From Candidatus Hydrogenedens sp. (GTDB lineage Bacteria; Hydrogenedentota; Hydrogenedentia; Hydrogenedentales; Hydrogenedentaceae), in assembly GCA_049968235.1 (NCBI GenBank), contig JBMFRC010000005.1, positions 121,444 through 185,443 on the forward strand: a stretch of DNA of 64,000 bases. Reading direction: 5' to 3'. Of this stretch, positions 22,184-32,869 are shown one piece after another. The number at the start of each line of letters is the position of its first letter. The first letter of the stretch is position 1. The translations under genes and the position numbers were made by a program. A model generated the notes under the pieces. That model was not told the DNA's origin, ran no database searches, and saw only the letters and a program-made list of their open reading frames with translations.

Positions 22184-24702
22184 GCGAAAATTCCGGGACT
22201 CAACGAAAAATTGGGTTCCCGTCATCAAAAATAATTTCCGAAACAAAAGGATTGCAAAGGAAGCGGTTCCTTAATGCACATATTCTTTTGACGGGTATTG
22301 TCGCTACAATTCTCTCTGCTTTCCTTATTACTACCCCAGTAAATCGCGAGACATTGACACCGGAAGAGGTAGACCGTGAAATCGTAGCACGACAGGAACT
22401 CCGGGCTGATTTTAGTTTCCAGACGGAAGATGTTAAAGCGACCCAGGAAGCCAAAAATCAAGCACGGATAAAAGTTCCACCTCATTACCGTGTTGAACAG
22501 GAAAAAGTGCAAGGACAAATTCAAACCCTACAACAAAGAATCTCGCAGTTTCAGGAAATACGTACACGGATATTGGAGAATTATTTTCATCAGAAGAAAA
22601 ATTCAGACCTGTTCGATTTATCCCAGGTCCTTTCCTACGCCCAGAACGAATTTAACAAAGCCTATCCTTCTTTTCAATGGAGTCAGGATATTGAAAGTGA
22701 AAAATTGGTAATGTGGGTCCTTGCGGATATTGATACAGAGATTCAAAATAGAATAAATACCCTATCTAATGAACTCAATCCTATTATTCCGAACGATGGA
22801 ATGCCTGCACCGGCAAATCCGTCCTTTCCATTATTCAATGCAATGCGGAAAATTGCTGAAGACAGTCTCAGTTATGTATTAAATGAAGGAATAATTTCAA
22901 ACAAAGAACAACAGACCGCAGGGCTAAAGGTAATTGTCGTCAGAGGAAGTCCTGCTTCTGACCAGAAAACCAGTGAAGAGATTGAATTACGAACCATACC
23001 GGATGTCAAATATGCCATAGAAGAAAAGTTAAAACCTCGTATTCAAGAGGAAGTTCGCAAAATAACAAAACAAAATATAACATCGTTTGATTGGGTTAAG
23101 ATATATGAAACTATTTTATACACAGTCAGCGACCTCGTTACAGAAACATTACAATACGACCCGGTATCTACTGAAATTGTTCGTGAACGGACTGCGGAAT
23201 CTGTTACTCCTATTATGAAAGAAATTGCCGTAGGAGAGATAATTCAGGAACGGGGAAAACGCTGGACATTAGAATCCCGTTCTGATGCGAAAACGTACTT
23301 AAAACTTTTAGAACAGAGTCAGGGGAAAACGTCGCGATGGATTTTTTCTTTTGTGGCTCATTTAATACTTGCTTCGCTGGCTTTTTTAAGTCTTTATCGT
23401 GCTATTTGCCTCTGGGAACATAAGGGCGAACCCTCAATTGAAACTCTATGGTATCTCGCTTTACTTCTTATGGTGGGGATTCTTATTTTAGGTCGTGGCA
23501 TGCAATATTTTGACGCCACAGGCTTCGCTATTCCAGTAACCATTGTAGGGATATTGTTTGCTATATTAGTGCAAATGCGGTTATCTGCTTTTCTGTCTTT
23601 TATTACATGCGTAATGTTATCCATCCTATTTCGTTATGATTGGAGACTTCTTATTTTTGACCTCGCCATGACTATGGGAGCCGTTTTTTCAATTTATCGT
23701 GTCCGCAAAAGAAGAGATATAACATCTGCTTCATTAAGTGGCGTTATTGTAGGTTTTCTTGCTCTTCTGGCAATTACATTAACTACGGATACACTAATTA
23801 GTGAAACTACTATTCGGAGACTATTCCTTCTGGGGATAAATGGAAGTTTATGTATTTTACTTGTTCCAGGAATTCTTCCATTTTTAGAACGATTATTCGG
23901 CATAGTAACAGATTTTCAATTGTTAGAGTATTCTGACCTGAATAATGCCATTCTAAAAAAACTGGCAGTTCAGGCACCAGCAACCTATTCTCATAGTCTC
24001 ATTTTAGGGCAATTAGCCGAATCCGCTGCAGATGCGATAGAAGCCAACGGATTACTTGCTCGTGTTTGTGCTTATTATCATGACATTGGAAAAATGAATC
24101 GTTCTGAATATTTTTATGAAAATCAAAATGGCAATAATATCCATGATACACTTTCGCCGAGGAATAGTGTCCGAATTATCCTTTCGCATGTTACAGAGGG
24201 AATTAAATTGGCTCAAGAATACCGTTTACCAAAACCCATTATTGAAGCGATTGCCCAACACCATGGCACTTTTCGTATTAGTTACTTCTATCATTTGGCT
24301 TTAGAACAACAGAAGTTCGGTGATGTAAATGAACAGGATTACCGTTATCCCGGACCGAAACCTCAAAAGCCTGAGTATGCAATTATTATGATTTGCGACG
24401 CTGCAGAATCTGCTGTTCGTTCCATTAAAAATCCCAATCCTGAAAGAATTCGTATGATGGTAGACCGTATTGTAACCGAACGTGCAAATGACGGGCAGTT
24501 TGATGAATGTGACCTGACACTGCGTCAGTTGAATATCATTATTGAGGAAGTATCCCGGGTCCTGTCTTCCCTACTTCATCTCCGACCTTCATACCCCAAC
24601 AATCAAATTGCTGATGAACATGTCTCTACAATCGTTCAGCGGAATAATCCCAGAGAAGAGTCGGAGGTCCTATCCGACAAACCAACAATATCGGGGGAAT
24701 AA
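22180..24702 (+). CDS. pgpH: 7TM receptor with intracellular HD hydrolase (YqfF/PgpH family; cyclic-di-AMP phosphodiesterase-like)
   Basis: 840 aa. Extracellular N-domain, 7 TM helices, HD domain 'CAYYHDIGK...QHHG'. Start overlaps phoH stop (ATGA). Confidence 0.85.
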   Translation: MSENSGTQRKIGFPSSKIISETKGLQRKRFLNAHILLTGIVATILSAFLITTPVNRETLTPEEVDREIVARQELRADFSFQTEDVKATQEAKNQARIKVPPHYRVEQEKVQGQIQTLQQRISQFQEIRTRILENYFHQKKNSDLFDLSQVLSYAQNEFNKAYPSFQWSQDIESEKLVMWVLADIDTEIQNRINTLSNELNPIIPNDGMPAPANPSFPLFNAMRKIAEDSLSYVLNEGIISNKEQQTAGLKVIVVRGSPASDQKTSEEIELRTIPDVKYAIEEKLKPRIQEEVRKITKQNITSFDWVKIYETILYTVSDLVTETLQYDPVSTEIVRERTAESVTPIMKEIAVGEIIQERGKRWTLESRSDAKTYLKLLEQSQGKTSRWIFSFVAHLILASLAFLSLYRAICLWEHKGEPSIETLWYLALLLMVGILILGRGMQYFDATGFAIPVTIVGILFAILVQMRLSAFLSFITCVMLSILFRYDWRLLIFDLAMTMGAVFSIYRVRKRRDITSASLSGVIVGFLALLAITLTTDTLISETTIRRLFLLGINGSLCILLVPGILPFLERLFGIVTDFQLLEYSDLNNAILKKLAVQAPATYSHSLILGQLAESAADAIEANGLLARVCAYYHDIGKMNRSEYFYENQNGNNIHDTLSPRNSVRIILSHVTEGIKLAQEYRLPKPIIEAIAQHHGTFRISYFYHLALEQQKFGDVNEQDYRYPGPKPQKPEYAIIMICDAAESAVRSIKNPNPERIRMMVDRIVTERANDGQFDECDLTLRQLNIIIEEVSRVLSSLLHLRPSYPNNQIADEHVSTIVQRNNPREESEVLSDKPTISGE

Positions 24703-24706
24703 ACAA

Positions 24707-25195
24707 ATGATTCATATCAAAGTAGTAAACCTGTCTTTACATAAGAAAGCATATAGTCCCATACGGTTAAAAAAAATTGCTGAAAAAATTTTAGAGGAAG
24801 AAGGCTTTGAAAAAAAGGATTATGAATTAAGTCTTGTGTTCTGTGATGATGAATTTATTCAAAACCTTAATAAAATATATCGAAAAAAAGATACGCCCAC
24901 AGATGTTCTTTCCTTTTCAGTTCCTAAAAATTTCCCGGTCGGAGAGGTTTCATGTCTCGGTGAAATTGTTATCTCTCTGGAAACAGTCTTTAATAAATAT
25001 GCGGATAATCCCGAAAAGGCAAAGCAGGAAATATATTTGCTATTTTGTCATGCCTTATTACACCTATTAGGATATGTCCATGACACTACTCAACAACGAA
25101 AGGAGATGATGAAAAAGCAGGCAAAGTATCTAAATATTGATTTAAATTTTGCGTGGATTAAATATCCTACAAAAATAGAAAAAAGAGGAAGGTAA
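24707..25195 (+). CDS. ybeY: endoribonuclease YbeY (rRNA maturation factor)
   Basis: 'DVLSFSVP...GEIVISLE' and zinc motif 'HALLHLLGYVH'. ATG at 24707. Confidence 0.85.
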   Translation: MIHIKVVNLSLHKKAYSPIRLKKIAEKILEEEGFEKKDYELSLVFCDDEFIQNLNKIYRKKDTPTDVLSFSVPKNFPVGEVSCLGEIVISLETVFNKYADNPEKAKQEIYLLFCHALLHLLGYVHDTTQQRKEMMKKQAKYLNIDLNFAWIKYPTKIEKRGR

Positions 25196-25213
25196 ACGAT
25201 ATAATAAACTGAA

Positions 25214-26725
25214 ATGGATATTGATAGAGAAAACAAAAAGAAAGAGCAGACGAACAAGAAAGCATTTCAGAGACAAAGTATTTTTAGATTTAAATATTTA
25301 TTATATTTATTCATATGGGTATCGGTATTTCTTTTCTTAATCTTGTGTCAAAATGGCAGTTACGCTTTTCAAATTGAAACGGTGGAGAAATTACAGGATT
25401 ACTTCCCGGTCCATATTTTGATACTTTCTTTATGCCTGCTCTGCTCTTCTGCTTTTTTTTCCGCTACGGAGATGGCTTTTTTTGCTATTCGCGGAACGCA
25501 ACTAAAATCGATGCAAAAGAGTTCCTATTTCCGTGATAAATTAATTGCACAGTTAATGACATCTCCGCCAGACCTGCTTACTTCGATTTTAATGGGGAAT
25601 GCAATTGTAAATATTGGGTTAAGCATTGCTTTTGGGAGTCGTTTGGAAAAATACATTATCACTCAGTTATTGCCCACTTCAATAGCCTCACCGCTCATTT
25701 CATACACATTGTCTTGTCTCTTTTCAACCTTTATACTTATTTTTGGAGGAGAAGTAACTCCAAAATTATTGGCTTCACGGTATGTGGAAAGTTATGCCCG
25801 TTCTGTGGTGTTTCTTGTGTACATCATTCATACATTATTTACTCCCATTCGCAAATTACTCCTTTCCTCTATTGGTCTTACTTTCCGTATTACTCGGTTT
25901 AGTTCCATTCCGCCATCTCCCTGGGTTACAGATGATGAATTGAAACTTCTTGTTCAGGAGGAAGGACTGTCCGATGTAATTGCAGAAGATGAACGAAAGA
26001 TGATACGGGGGATTTTGGAATTTCGTGATGAACCTGTAAAAAGGATACTTATCCCAAGAACAGAAATTGTTGCTATTCCGGATGATGCAACTGTTGCGGA
26101 AGCGTGGGAAATCTTTTGTGAACATGAGTATTCCCGAATGCCCATATATCATGAAAATCTGGACCATATTGTCGGTGTTCTATATGCGAAAGATTTATTG
26201 GATTATATTGAAAGGAAATTATGGAAACAACCCGTTAAGCCAATAGGGAGAAAAGCCCTTTTTATTCCCGATATCATGGCAATTTCTGAATCTATCAAAA
26301 CAGCACAAAAATTGAATACACATCTTGCTATTGTTGTGGATGAGTATGGTGGAACGGCAGGTCTGGTTACCTTACACGATGCATTGAGCGCCATTGTCGG
26401 AGAAATATCCGATGATGAAAGTGAGGAAGAGATTCTTTATACAAAAATTAACGAAGAAGAATATATATTGGATGGGAAAATGCCTATCTCTGAATTAGAA
26501 GAATTAATACATGTTTCTCTGGACGACCCTGAACATACAACTATCGCCGGATATTTATTAAAACAAAATGAGAATCTAATGTGTCAGGGAGATTCCCTCA
26601 TTGTGGGTCCATTACAATTTACAGTGGAAAAGATGGATGGAAAACGAATTGCTCAAGTAAGATTAAAGATTGAAAAGACAAAAGAGACCCCTGCTGATGA
26701 GGAATACGGAGGAGAAGAACTATGA
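25214..26725 (+). CDS. CNNM/CorC-family transporter: DUF21 membrane domain + CBS pair + CorC_HlyC domain
   Basis: TM N-half, then 'RILIPRTEIVAI...YSRMPIY...HLAIVVDEYGGTAGLVTLHDALSAIVGEI'. Confidence 0.8.
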   Translation: MDIDRENKKKEQTNKKAFQRQSIFRFKYLLYLFIWVSVFLFLILCQNGSYAFQIETVEKLQDYFPVHILILSLCLLCSSAFFSATEMAFFAIRGTQLKSMQKSSYFRDKLIAQLMTSPPDLLTSILMGNAIVNIGLSIAFGSRLEKYIITQLLPTSIASPLISYTLSCLFSTFILIFGGEVTPKLLASRYVESYARSVVFLVYIIHTLFTPIRKLLLSSIGLTFRITRFSSIPPSPWVTDDELKLLVQEEGLSDVIAEDERKMIRGILEFRDEPVKRILIPRTEIVAIPDDATVAEAWEIFCEHEYSRMPIYHENLDHIVGVLYAKDLLDYIERKLWKQPVKPIGRKALFIPDIMAISESIKTAQKLNTHLAIVVDEYGGTAGLVTLHDALSAIVGEISDDESEEEILYTKINEEEYILDGKMPISELEELIHVSLDDPEHTTIAGYLLKQNENLMCQGDSLIVGPLQFTVEKMDGKRIAQVRLKIEKTKETPADEEYGGEEL

Positions 26726-27981
26726 ATCCATCACCCCTGGAATTATTAATAATATTTATTGGAGGCGTTCTCTCTTCCGCATTTTTTGCAGGGTATGAAA
26801 CGGGTTTTATTTCATTAAATCCTATACGCGTAAAAAATCTATCTGAGAAAAACAATTCCCGAAGAGCCTATATATTACTTAAATACTTACATAGCCCCGA
26901 CCAATTGCTTATTGTGTTATTGTTAGGAACGAATTTCTCGATTGTTATCGCATCTATTGCCCTGACAGAATTAATGGGGAACCCTTTCCTGTCTTTATTA
27001 ATTGCGACAGGTGTGATTTTATATTTCGGAGAGATTCTGCCGAAAACCATATTTCGTGTCCATTCCAACACCTTATGCCATTTCTTTGTCCCCGTGATAG
27101 TAGCTTTTGATTTTCTGTTCAAACCTCTTTCTATCCCAATTGTTTGGTTTTATTCAAAAACATTAGGTTCCAATCACTGGTTTGTTTCTCTTAAATCACT
27201 GATGCGTTCCCCAGAAGATATGAAGAGACTGGTAGAACAAGGAACAGAACATGGAGGTATTCATGAGGAGGAACGGGACCTGATTCATTCCGTCTTTGAC
27301 TTACAACAAAAAGTAGCCAAAGAGATTATGGTTCCCCGCATTGATATTTGTGCGGTGGCGAGTTCTTCCAATCGTGATGAGGTAATACAGGTATTTCGAG
27401 AAAATCGTTATACCCGTATTCCGGTTTATGAAGAAAATATAGACCATATTATAGGGATTATAAAAGCATTTGACTTAATTAAGGATAAAGATAGAGAAAA
27501 TCAAGATATAAAGCGATTTCTCCGCCCGGTACTATTTATTACTGATGCTACACCCTTAGACGAAATTCTTAAACAGATGCGACAACAGCATCAAACGATG
27601 GCAATTGTAGTAGATGAATATGGTGGAACAGCCGGCTTAATTACCCTTGAGGATATTTTAGAAGAAATCTTTGGAGAAATTTGTGATGAACATGACCAAG
27701 AGGAACTACCAATTCGACGAATGGGACCCGGTGATTATATTGTTCGGGCTCGGACTTCTCTTGAAGAATTTCGAGAAATAACAGGTATAGATTTAATAGA
27801 TGAAGAGGTCGAAACAATTGGGGGATGGTTAATAAAAACAATCCAGAGAATACCCCAAAAGGGAGAAGTGCTTATTGCAGGACCTTTCCGTATTACCATA
27901 TTGGACGGCAAACCTACTCACATAACACTAATGCGAATGGAATTAAGGCAAAACACGATGTTTTCGGACAAATCTAAGTAA
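26722..27981 (+). CDS. second CNNM/CorC-family (DUF21-CBS-CorC_HlyC) paralog
   Basis: 'AIVVDEYGGTAGLITLEDILEEIFGEI'. Start overlaps upstream stop. Confidence 0.8.
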   Translation: MNPSPLELLIIFIGGVLSSAFFAGYETGFISLNPIRVKNLSEKNNSRRAYILLKYLHSPDQLLIVLLLGTNFSIVIASIALTELMGNPFLSLLIATGVILYFGEILPKTIFRVHSNTLCHFFVPVIVAFDFLFKPLSIPIVWFYSKTLGSNHWFVSLKSLMRSPEDMKRLVEQGTEHGGIHEEERDLIHSVFDLQQKVAKEIMVPRIDICAVASSSNRDEVIQVFRENRYTRIPVYEENIDHIIGIIKAFDLIKDKDRENQDIKRFLRPVLFITDATPLDEILKQMRQQHQTMAIVVDEYGGTAGLITLEDILEEIFGEICDEHDQEELPIRRMGPGDYIVRARTSLEEFREITGIDLIDEEVETIGGWLIKTIQRIPQKGEVLIAGPFRITILDGKPTHITLMRMELRQNTMFSDKSK

Positions 27982-27983
27982 TC

Positions 27984-28589
27984 CTATTCATCCTGTAGTG
28001 CTTTAGGCGGACTTAAAACTTCCATCATAATAAAAGCCCACTGTAATTTCGGAATAGTTCCTATATTCCCTTTCAAGGAAATGGAAGAATGATATTGTGG
28101 AATAGTAGAAGCACGTGCCATGGGAGCAGAGAATGTCACTTTTTGTACCTTTGGAATGGCAGACTGTTCTTTGTTAATCTGTGTTTTTGGAGTAATTTTG
28201 ATTAGGTCTTTATCTTTTTTCGGGAAAATAACGGGAGGTTTTTCTTTACGCAGTGGTTCTTCATAATTCTTCGTATCTAATTGAGTGAGAACCTGTTTTT
28301 CCCCTTCTTCCATCTTTTCAAACATATCTTCTTTCGATTCTACGGTCTCTGGAAAAGGAATAAAAACAGGGGGGGCAGAGGAAATAGGTTTCGTTTCTTT
28401 GCGAATTATTACTTTCCGTCTGGGAAGATTTCGTTCAGGTTCTTTAAATTTTCCTTCCGTAGGTGAGGGAGATGGTTTCGTTGTTTTCTCCATATCTTTT
28501 CTCTTCATTTCCTTTAGCCCACGGAATATTGAAGAAATAATTACTATCCCTAAAAAAATGATTAAACCAAGCAGGTCATCAAATTTCAT
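27984..28589 (-). CDS. membrane-anchored Pro/Lys-rich hypothetical protein, last gene of the floA operon
   Basis: N-terminal TM 'LLGLIIFLGIVIISSIF' then low-complexity P/K/E tail. Contains a C7 tract on the coding strand (G7 at 28379-28385 on +). Confidence 0.4.
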   Translation of the reverse strand: MKFDDLLGLIIFLGIVIISSIFRGLKEMKRKDMEKTTKPSPSPTEGKFKEPERNLPRRKVIIRKETKPISSAPPVFIPFPETVESKEDMFEKMEEGEKQVLTQLDTKNYEEPLRKEKPPVIFPKKDKDLIKITPKTQINKEQSAIPKVQKVTFSAPMARASTIPQYHSSISLKGNIGTIPKLQWAFIMMEVLSPPKALQDE

Positions 28590-28619
28590 ACTTAAATACC
28601 CTTTTATTTTTGAGCGTTC

Positions 28620-29660
28620 TCAGGACTGACTAGTTTTTTCAGGACCTTTAGGTTGTTGCGTGGGAGATTGTGAAGGTGCTAATTTAGAAATGGCATCCCT
28701 CATATCAGTATCGGCGAGAATATTTTTCATCCTGTAATAATCCATGATACCGAGATTTCCACTCCGAAATGCTTCTGCGATGGCTTTTGGAATTTCTGCT
28801 TCTGCTTCGACAACCTTTGAACGCATTTCCATAACTAAAGCCTGCATTTCCGCTTCGCGTGCTAAAGCCATAGCCCGTCTTTCTTCAGCTCGTGCTTGAG
28901 CGATTTGTTTGTCCGCTTCTGCTTGTGCAATCTGGAGTTGTGCCCCGATATTTTCTCCAACATCTACATCTGCAATATCAATGGATAAAATTTCGAAAGC
29001 AGTTCCTGCGTCTAATCCTCGGGCAAGAACTGTTTTTGAAATGGAGTCGGGATTTTCGAGCACTTTTTTATGAGTGGGTGCGGAACCGATTGTAGTTACA
29101 ATACCTTCCCCTACACGAGCAATAATGGTTTCCTCTGACGCTCCACCGACCAACCTTTCAATATTCGTCCGAACGGTAACACGGGCTTTGGCTTTTAACT
29201 GAATTCCATCCATAGCAACTGCGGCAACAGTTGCAGGTCCCTTTGCGGGGTCAGGACAATCAATTACTTTAGGACGAACCGAAGTCTTTACCGCTTCTAA
29301 AACATCACGACCCGCAAGGTCTATTGCCGTCGCTTTCTGAAAGGTTAATGGAATATTGGCTTTATTTGCAGCAATAAGAGCCTGCACAACACGAAGGACA
29401 TTTCCACCAGCGAGATAATGCGTTTCAAGTTCATCCGTAGTTATATTGAGTCCCGCTTTTACTGCCATGATACGGCTATCCACAATAACCTGTGGATTTA
29501 CCTTTCGTAAAGTCATGCCAATTAAACTCCAGATAGATACATGTGCTTTTGACAAAGCAGCTCGTATCCATAAACGGAAGAAAGACACTACTACGGCCAC
29601 GAATATAAGGGCAATTACCAATAAAATAAGTAAAAATACAGCAATTACAGGATTAAACAT
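28620..29660 (-). CDS. floA: flotillin-like protein FloA (SPFH domain, YqfA family)
   Basis: '[15 protein letters not shown]...KAGL...[44 protein letters not shown]' is the FloA signature N-terminus. Confidence 0.85.
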   Translation of the reverse strand: MFNPVIAVFLLILLVIALIFVAVVVSFFRLWIRAALSKAHVSIWSLIGMTLRKVNPQVIVDSRIMAVKAGLNITTDELETHYLAGGNVLRVVQALIAANKANIPLTFQKATAIDLAGRDVLEAVKTSVRPKVIDCPDPAKGPATVAAVAMDGIQLKAKARVTVRTNIERLVGGASEETIIARVGEGIVTTIGSAPTHKKVLENPDSISKTVLARGLDAGTAFEILSIDIADVDVGENIGAQLQIAQAEADKQIAQARAEERRAMALAREAEMQALVMEMRSKVVEAEAEIPKAIAEAFRSGNLGIMDYYRMKNILADTDMRDAISKLAPSQSPTQQPKGPEKTSQS

Positions 29661-29718
29661 AATTATCTCCTTTTCGTTAATTCTCTTTGTTGTTTGTTAA
29701 ATCTATTATACAATATAA

Positions 29719-30207
29719 CTATGAATTTTCATTATTTTTGTATTCTTCGACAACGATACGCGGACCTTGTATATCAATAATTTTAACAATAGCCCCTAAC
29801 TCAATGAACATACCCGAAGATACCGCATCAACTCTTTTGCCATCTACCTCTATAATACCTGCAGGTCTTAAAGGCGAAATTACCTTCCCTGTTTTCCCCA
29901 CTAACGAAGGGTCAAATTGAATACTCACATATCCTTTATCCACGGTTTGGCTTTCAGACATGACCAATTTTTGCCCTGCAGATGTTTTTGTTATTAAATA
30001 AAATCCTGCACCAATAGAACCCACAAACCCCAAAAATTCAAAAATAATAATGTGTATTAAGTAATCCGGGTAGTAATATCCTCCAAGGGCTGTACTTCCC
30101 AATAACATAATAAAACCAAATGTCCCGCAAATTCCTCCGGGAACGATGAACTCTGCTAAAATGAGTATAACACCACATAGAAATAATAAGAAAGCCCACC
30201 ATATCAT
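29719..30207 (-). CDS. NfeD-family short membrane protein (YqfB-like, OB-fold)
   Basis: 3 TM + C-terminal beta domain 'GKTGKVISPLRPAGIIEVDGKRVDAVS'. Lies between floA and its upstream small gene. Confidence 0.7.
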   Translation of the reverse strand: MIWWAFLLFLCGVILILAEFIVPGGICGTFGFIMLLGSTALGGYYYPDYLIHIIIFEFLGFVGSIGAGFYLITKTSAGQKLVMSESQTVDKGYVSIQFDPSLVGKTGKVISPLRPAGIIEVDGKRVDAVSSGMFIELGAIVKIIDIQGPRIVVEEYKNNENS

Positions 30208-30518
30208 ATTTTATGTTCCTCCTGCTGGGTGACTGTTTCAAGTAAGGTAATTAACTGCGAGGTCTCAACTCGTATACTCAGTAGAACTTTACTTTTTTCG
30301 CTGGGGTCTTTAGGGTCTGTTTCAGGTAATACCTCAAAAGTATTGATTACGGATACAGCATTGGATTGTAAGAAAATTCGTTGTGCCTCCTGTAATAATT
30401 TGTTATATCTTTTTAAGAAAGGAACACAGGTGTAATATCCCGACCCTTGTGAGGATACTATCTCCATTTCTTTTAATAATTGTTTTAACATTGGTACGAT
30501 AATTTTTAGTTCATTCAT
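30204..30518 (-). CDS. hypothetical 104-aa protein, translationally coupled inside the NfeD/FloA operon
   Basis: 4-nt overlaps at both ends. No motif. Confidence 0.4.
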   Translation of the reverse strand: MNELKIIVPMLKQLLKEMEIVSSQGSGYYTCVPFLKRYNKLLQEAQRIFLQSNAVSVINTFEVLPETDPKDPSEKSKVLLSIRVETSQLITLLETVTQQEEHKI

Positions 30519-32215
30519 GAGTTCACTTCCTTATCTTCTTTTTCAGGTATGACTACATATCTATTCCCATGTACCTCAACAATACGAATTTTTGTCCCTG
30601 CTTCAATATAATCACCTACAGATACCACATCCAATGAAGTCCCTTGAAACCGTCCTTTTCCTGCGGGTCGCAGAACGGTTTCTGCGATTCCGACGGAGCC
30701 AATCCATTTTTGAATATCATTTGCACTTTGCACAACATATCCTGTCTCAACATTTTCTGCATGGGATAACATAACTCTTTGAAAATAAACGGAATTGGGA
30801 AGATATTTCCATAGTAACCATGCTAATATTAGAAAAGAAATAAGGGCAATTGTAAGAGTTTGTCCGGCTTTGTCCAGGCGTTCAAAATCCCATGGGTATT
30901 CTGGAACTACCACGCGTGTTAGGGAAAGATATATCCCAATCATAATACAGGTCAAACCTGCTATTCCGGTTAGTCCAAACCCGGGTATTAAGAAAATTTC
31001 TATACCTAAAAGGATTAGACCTGTAAGAAGTAATAAAAGGTCAGCCCAGTTCGCGAGACCAATGACAAGATGTGCCCCGAAAAATAGAGCCAGACATATC
31101 AATCCGATGGTGCCGGGCAACCCGAAACCCGGCGTTTTCATTTCCATATACAATCCCCCGATTCCCAGCAGAAGCAATAATCCGGCAACAATAGGGTTTA
31201 CTAAAAATTTAAATACTCGTTCTCCCCAGGTAGGCTCAATTTGAATTTTTTCACAATTTTCCCAGTGGAAATATCTGAGCAATTCCTCTATATTTCCAAC
31301 AGTAGTACAGGCAAGCCCGTAGTCTAAGGCTTCTTTTGATGTTAGAGTAAGCAATTCTCCCTCTCTACAGATTTTTTTGACTATTGGAGAAGAGGTGTAT
31401 TGAGATTCTTGAGAATCATTATTTGTGTTTACAATATTGTATCTTTGCCCCATATTTGAATTGAGATATTCATAAGAAGCAAATACGAAGGGATTGGGCA
31501 ATTTTACCAGGTCATCTTGATTGGGTAACCTTTGTGTTTGAGATTTATCCTCAGAATTATTGTTTCGATTATATTTTTGCAAAGCGGATTTTGCCTCTTC
31601 TTCACTGCGGAAGAACTGAAAAGTATTTTCAGGTGTGCGGATACCCCAAACTTCAATTTTTGAGTCCACCATTGCTTCAGCCAGAAGAGGGTCATGTCTA
31701 TTTACTTCTGCCAGTGAACGGTAACGGGAACGGAGATACGATTTTGTTTTCTCATTAAACTCTTCCGAAGGTTGTGCTTCTCCCATAACGATAGGGGCAG
31801 AAGCCCCGATATTTGAGCCCGGTGCCATAACGATATATTTACAGGCATAAGAAATTAATGCTCCGGCAGAAATGGCACCCATTCCGTGGATATATGCTAC
31901 CGTTGGACATCTGGCTTCCAGCAAAATATTTGTTATATCTACAGCGGAATCTACAAGTCCACCGGGCGTATCTACCTCTAATATAAACCCTTCTGCTCCT
32001 TTATTGGCTATGGATACTGCCCTTTTTATGATTACCTTCATCCCATCATCAACCATTCCCGTAGCAGGACAGATAACGACGAAAGGTCGTTTTTCTTTCT
32101 CCGACCTTGCTTCTAATACAAATGTCAACAAAATAAAAATAACTGCTATGTAGAAAGGGATACTTATCCTCAGCTTGTTATACATAGTCAAAACATTTCT
32201 CATTCGATTAGACAT
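30515..32215 (-). CDS. NfeD-long membrane-bound ClpP-class serine protease (YqeZ-like)
   Basis: ClpP-fold 'VVICPATGMVDDG...VDTPGGLVDSA...YIHGMGAISAGALIS', multiple TM helices, C-terminal NfeD OB domain. Start set at 'MSNRM' (AAAGGAA RBS) rather than track start 32254. Confidence 0.75.
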   Translation of the reverse strand: MSNRMRNVLTMYNKLRISIPFYIAVIFILLTFVLEARSEKEKRPFVVICPATGMVDDGMKVIIKRAVSIANKGAEGFILEVDTPGGLVDSAVDITNILLEARCPTVAYIHGMGAISAGALISYACKYIVMAPGSNIGASAPIVMGEAQPSEEFNEKTKSYLRSRYRSLAEVNRHDPLLAEAMVDSKIEVWGIRTPENTFQFFRSEEEAKSALQKYNRNNNSEDKSQTQRLPNQDDLVKLPNPFVFASYEYLNSNMGQRYNIVNTNNDSQESQYTSSPIVKKICREGELLTLTSKEALDYGLACTTVGNIEELLRYFHWENCEKIQIEPTWGERVFKFLVNPIVAGLLLLLGIGGLYMEMKTPGFGLPGTIGLICLALFFGAHLVIGLANWADLLLLLTGLILLGIEIFLIPGFGLTGIAGLTCIMIGIYLSLTRVVVPEYPWDFERLDKAGQTLTIALISFLILAWLLWKYLPNSVYFQRVMLSHAENVETGYVVQSANDIQKWIGSVGIAETVLRPAGKGRFQGTSLDVVSVGDYIEAGTKIRIVEVHGNRYVVIPEKEDKEVNS

Positions 32216-32321
32216 TTTGTTTCCTTTTAATTCTATAATACAGAGACTAAACATTAGTATATTATAATACTTTTGTTGCTAAAATAGATTTTTTTCAGGA
32301 GTAAGAAAAAGGAAGTCATAG

Positions 32322-32846
32322 GTGATAGAAATTATTTTTCGTTTATTAAATATATTATTATGGTATGGCTTCTTTGTATTGGGAGCATCCCCAGAGGATA
32401 CATTTAATTTCCTTCGGGTTATAAGTGGTGTCACCGTTTGGAAAGCTATGGTTAACTCCCCGTGGATAATTACCTGTATGTTAACTATTTATTATATGTA
32501 TTTTATTTATTGTCGCTGTAAAGAAATATCTCTATCCCGATTAGAAAGTATGATGAAGGCGATTCAAATTGGGTTGATGGCTTTTATTGCTTTTTTACCC
32601 CTTCGTCCCGATTTTGACCTTTATAAGAATATTCCCCAATATCGAAATGTCATTTATGCCTTATTGTCCATGAAAGTTTTTTTCTGGTTGTTTTTACTTA
32701 CAATTGTTGTTTTTTATTATTTGAACGGTAGTTCTATATTTAAACGCCTTCCGGATTTGTTCGTTGATTTCTATAGCCGAAATCGTTGCCTGACAAAAGA
32801 AAAGATTGAAGAAACGAAACAAGATAGTTCTGAAAGTATAAATTAA
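32322..32846 (+). CDS. small polytopic membrane protein, unknown function
   Basis: 4 predicted hydrophobic helices. No motif. Confidence 0.4.
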   Translation: MIEIIFRLLNILLWYGFFVLGASPEDTFNFLRVISGVTVWKAMVNSPWIITCMLTIYYMYFIYCRCKEISLSRLESMMKAIQIGLMAFIAFLPLRPDFDLYKNIPQYRNVIYALLSMKVFFWLFLLTIVVFYYLNGSSIFKRLPDLFVDFYSRNRCLTKEKIEETKQDSSESIN

Positions 32847-32869
32847 TTTCAATGTTAATCCGGAAATTT

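Noticed and set aside
28281-28629. Plus-strand ORFs overlapping the floA-operon tail gene
   Set aside because: Generated by low-complexity Pro/Lys-rich coding on the opposite strand.
30592-32153. Plus-strand ORFs (30795-31244, 31534-31758, 31872-32153) inside the NfeD-long gene
   Set aside because: Antisense to a gene with clear ClpP-fold motifs. Spurious.
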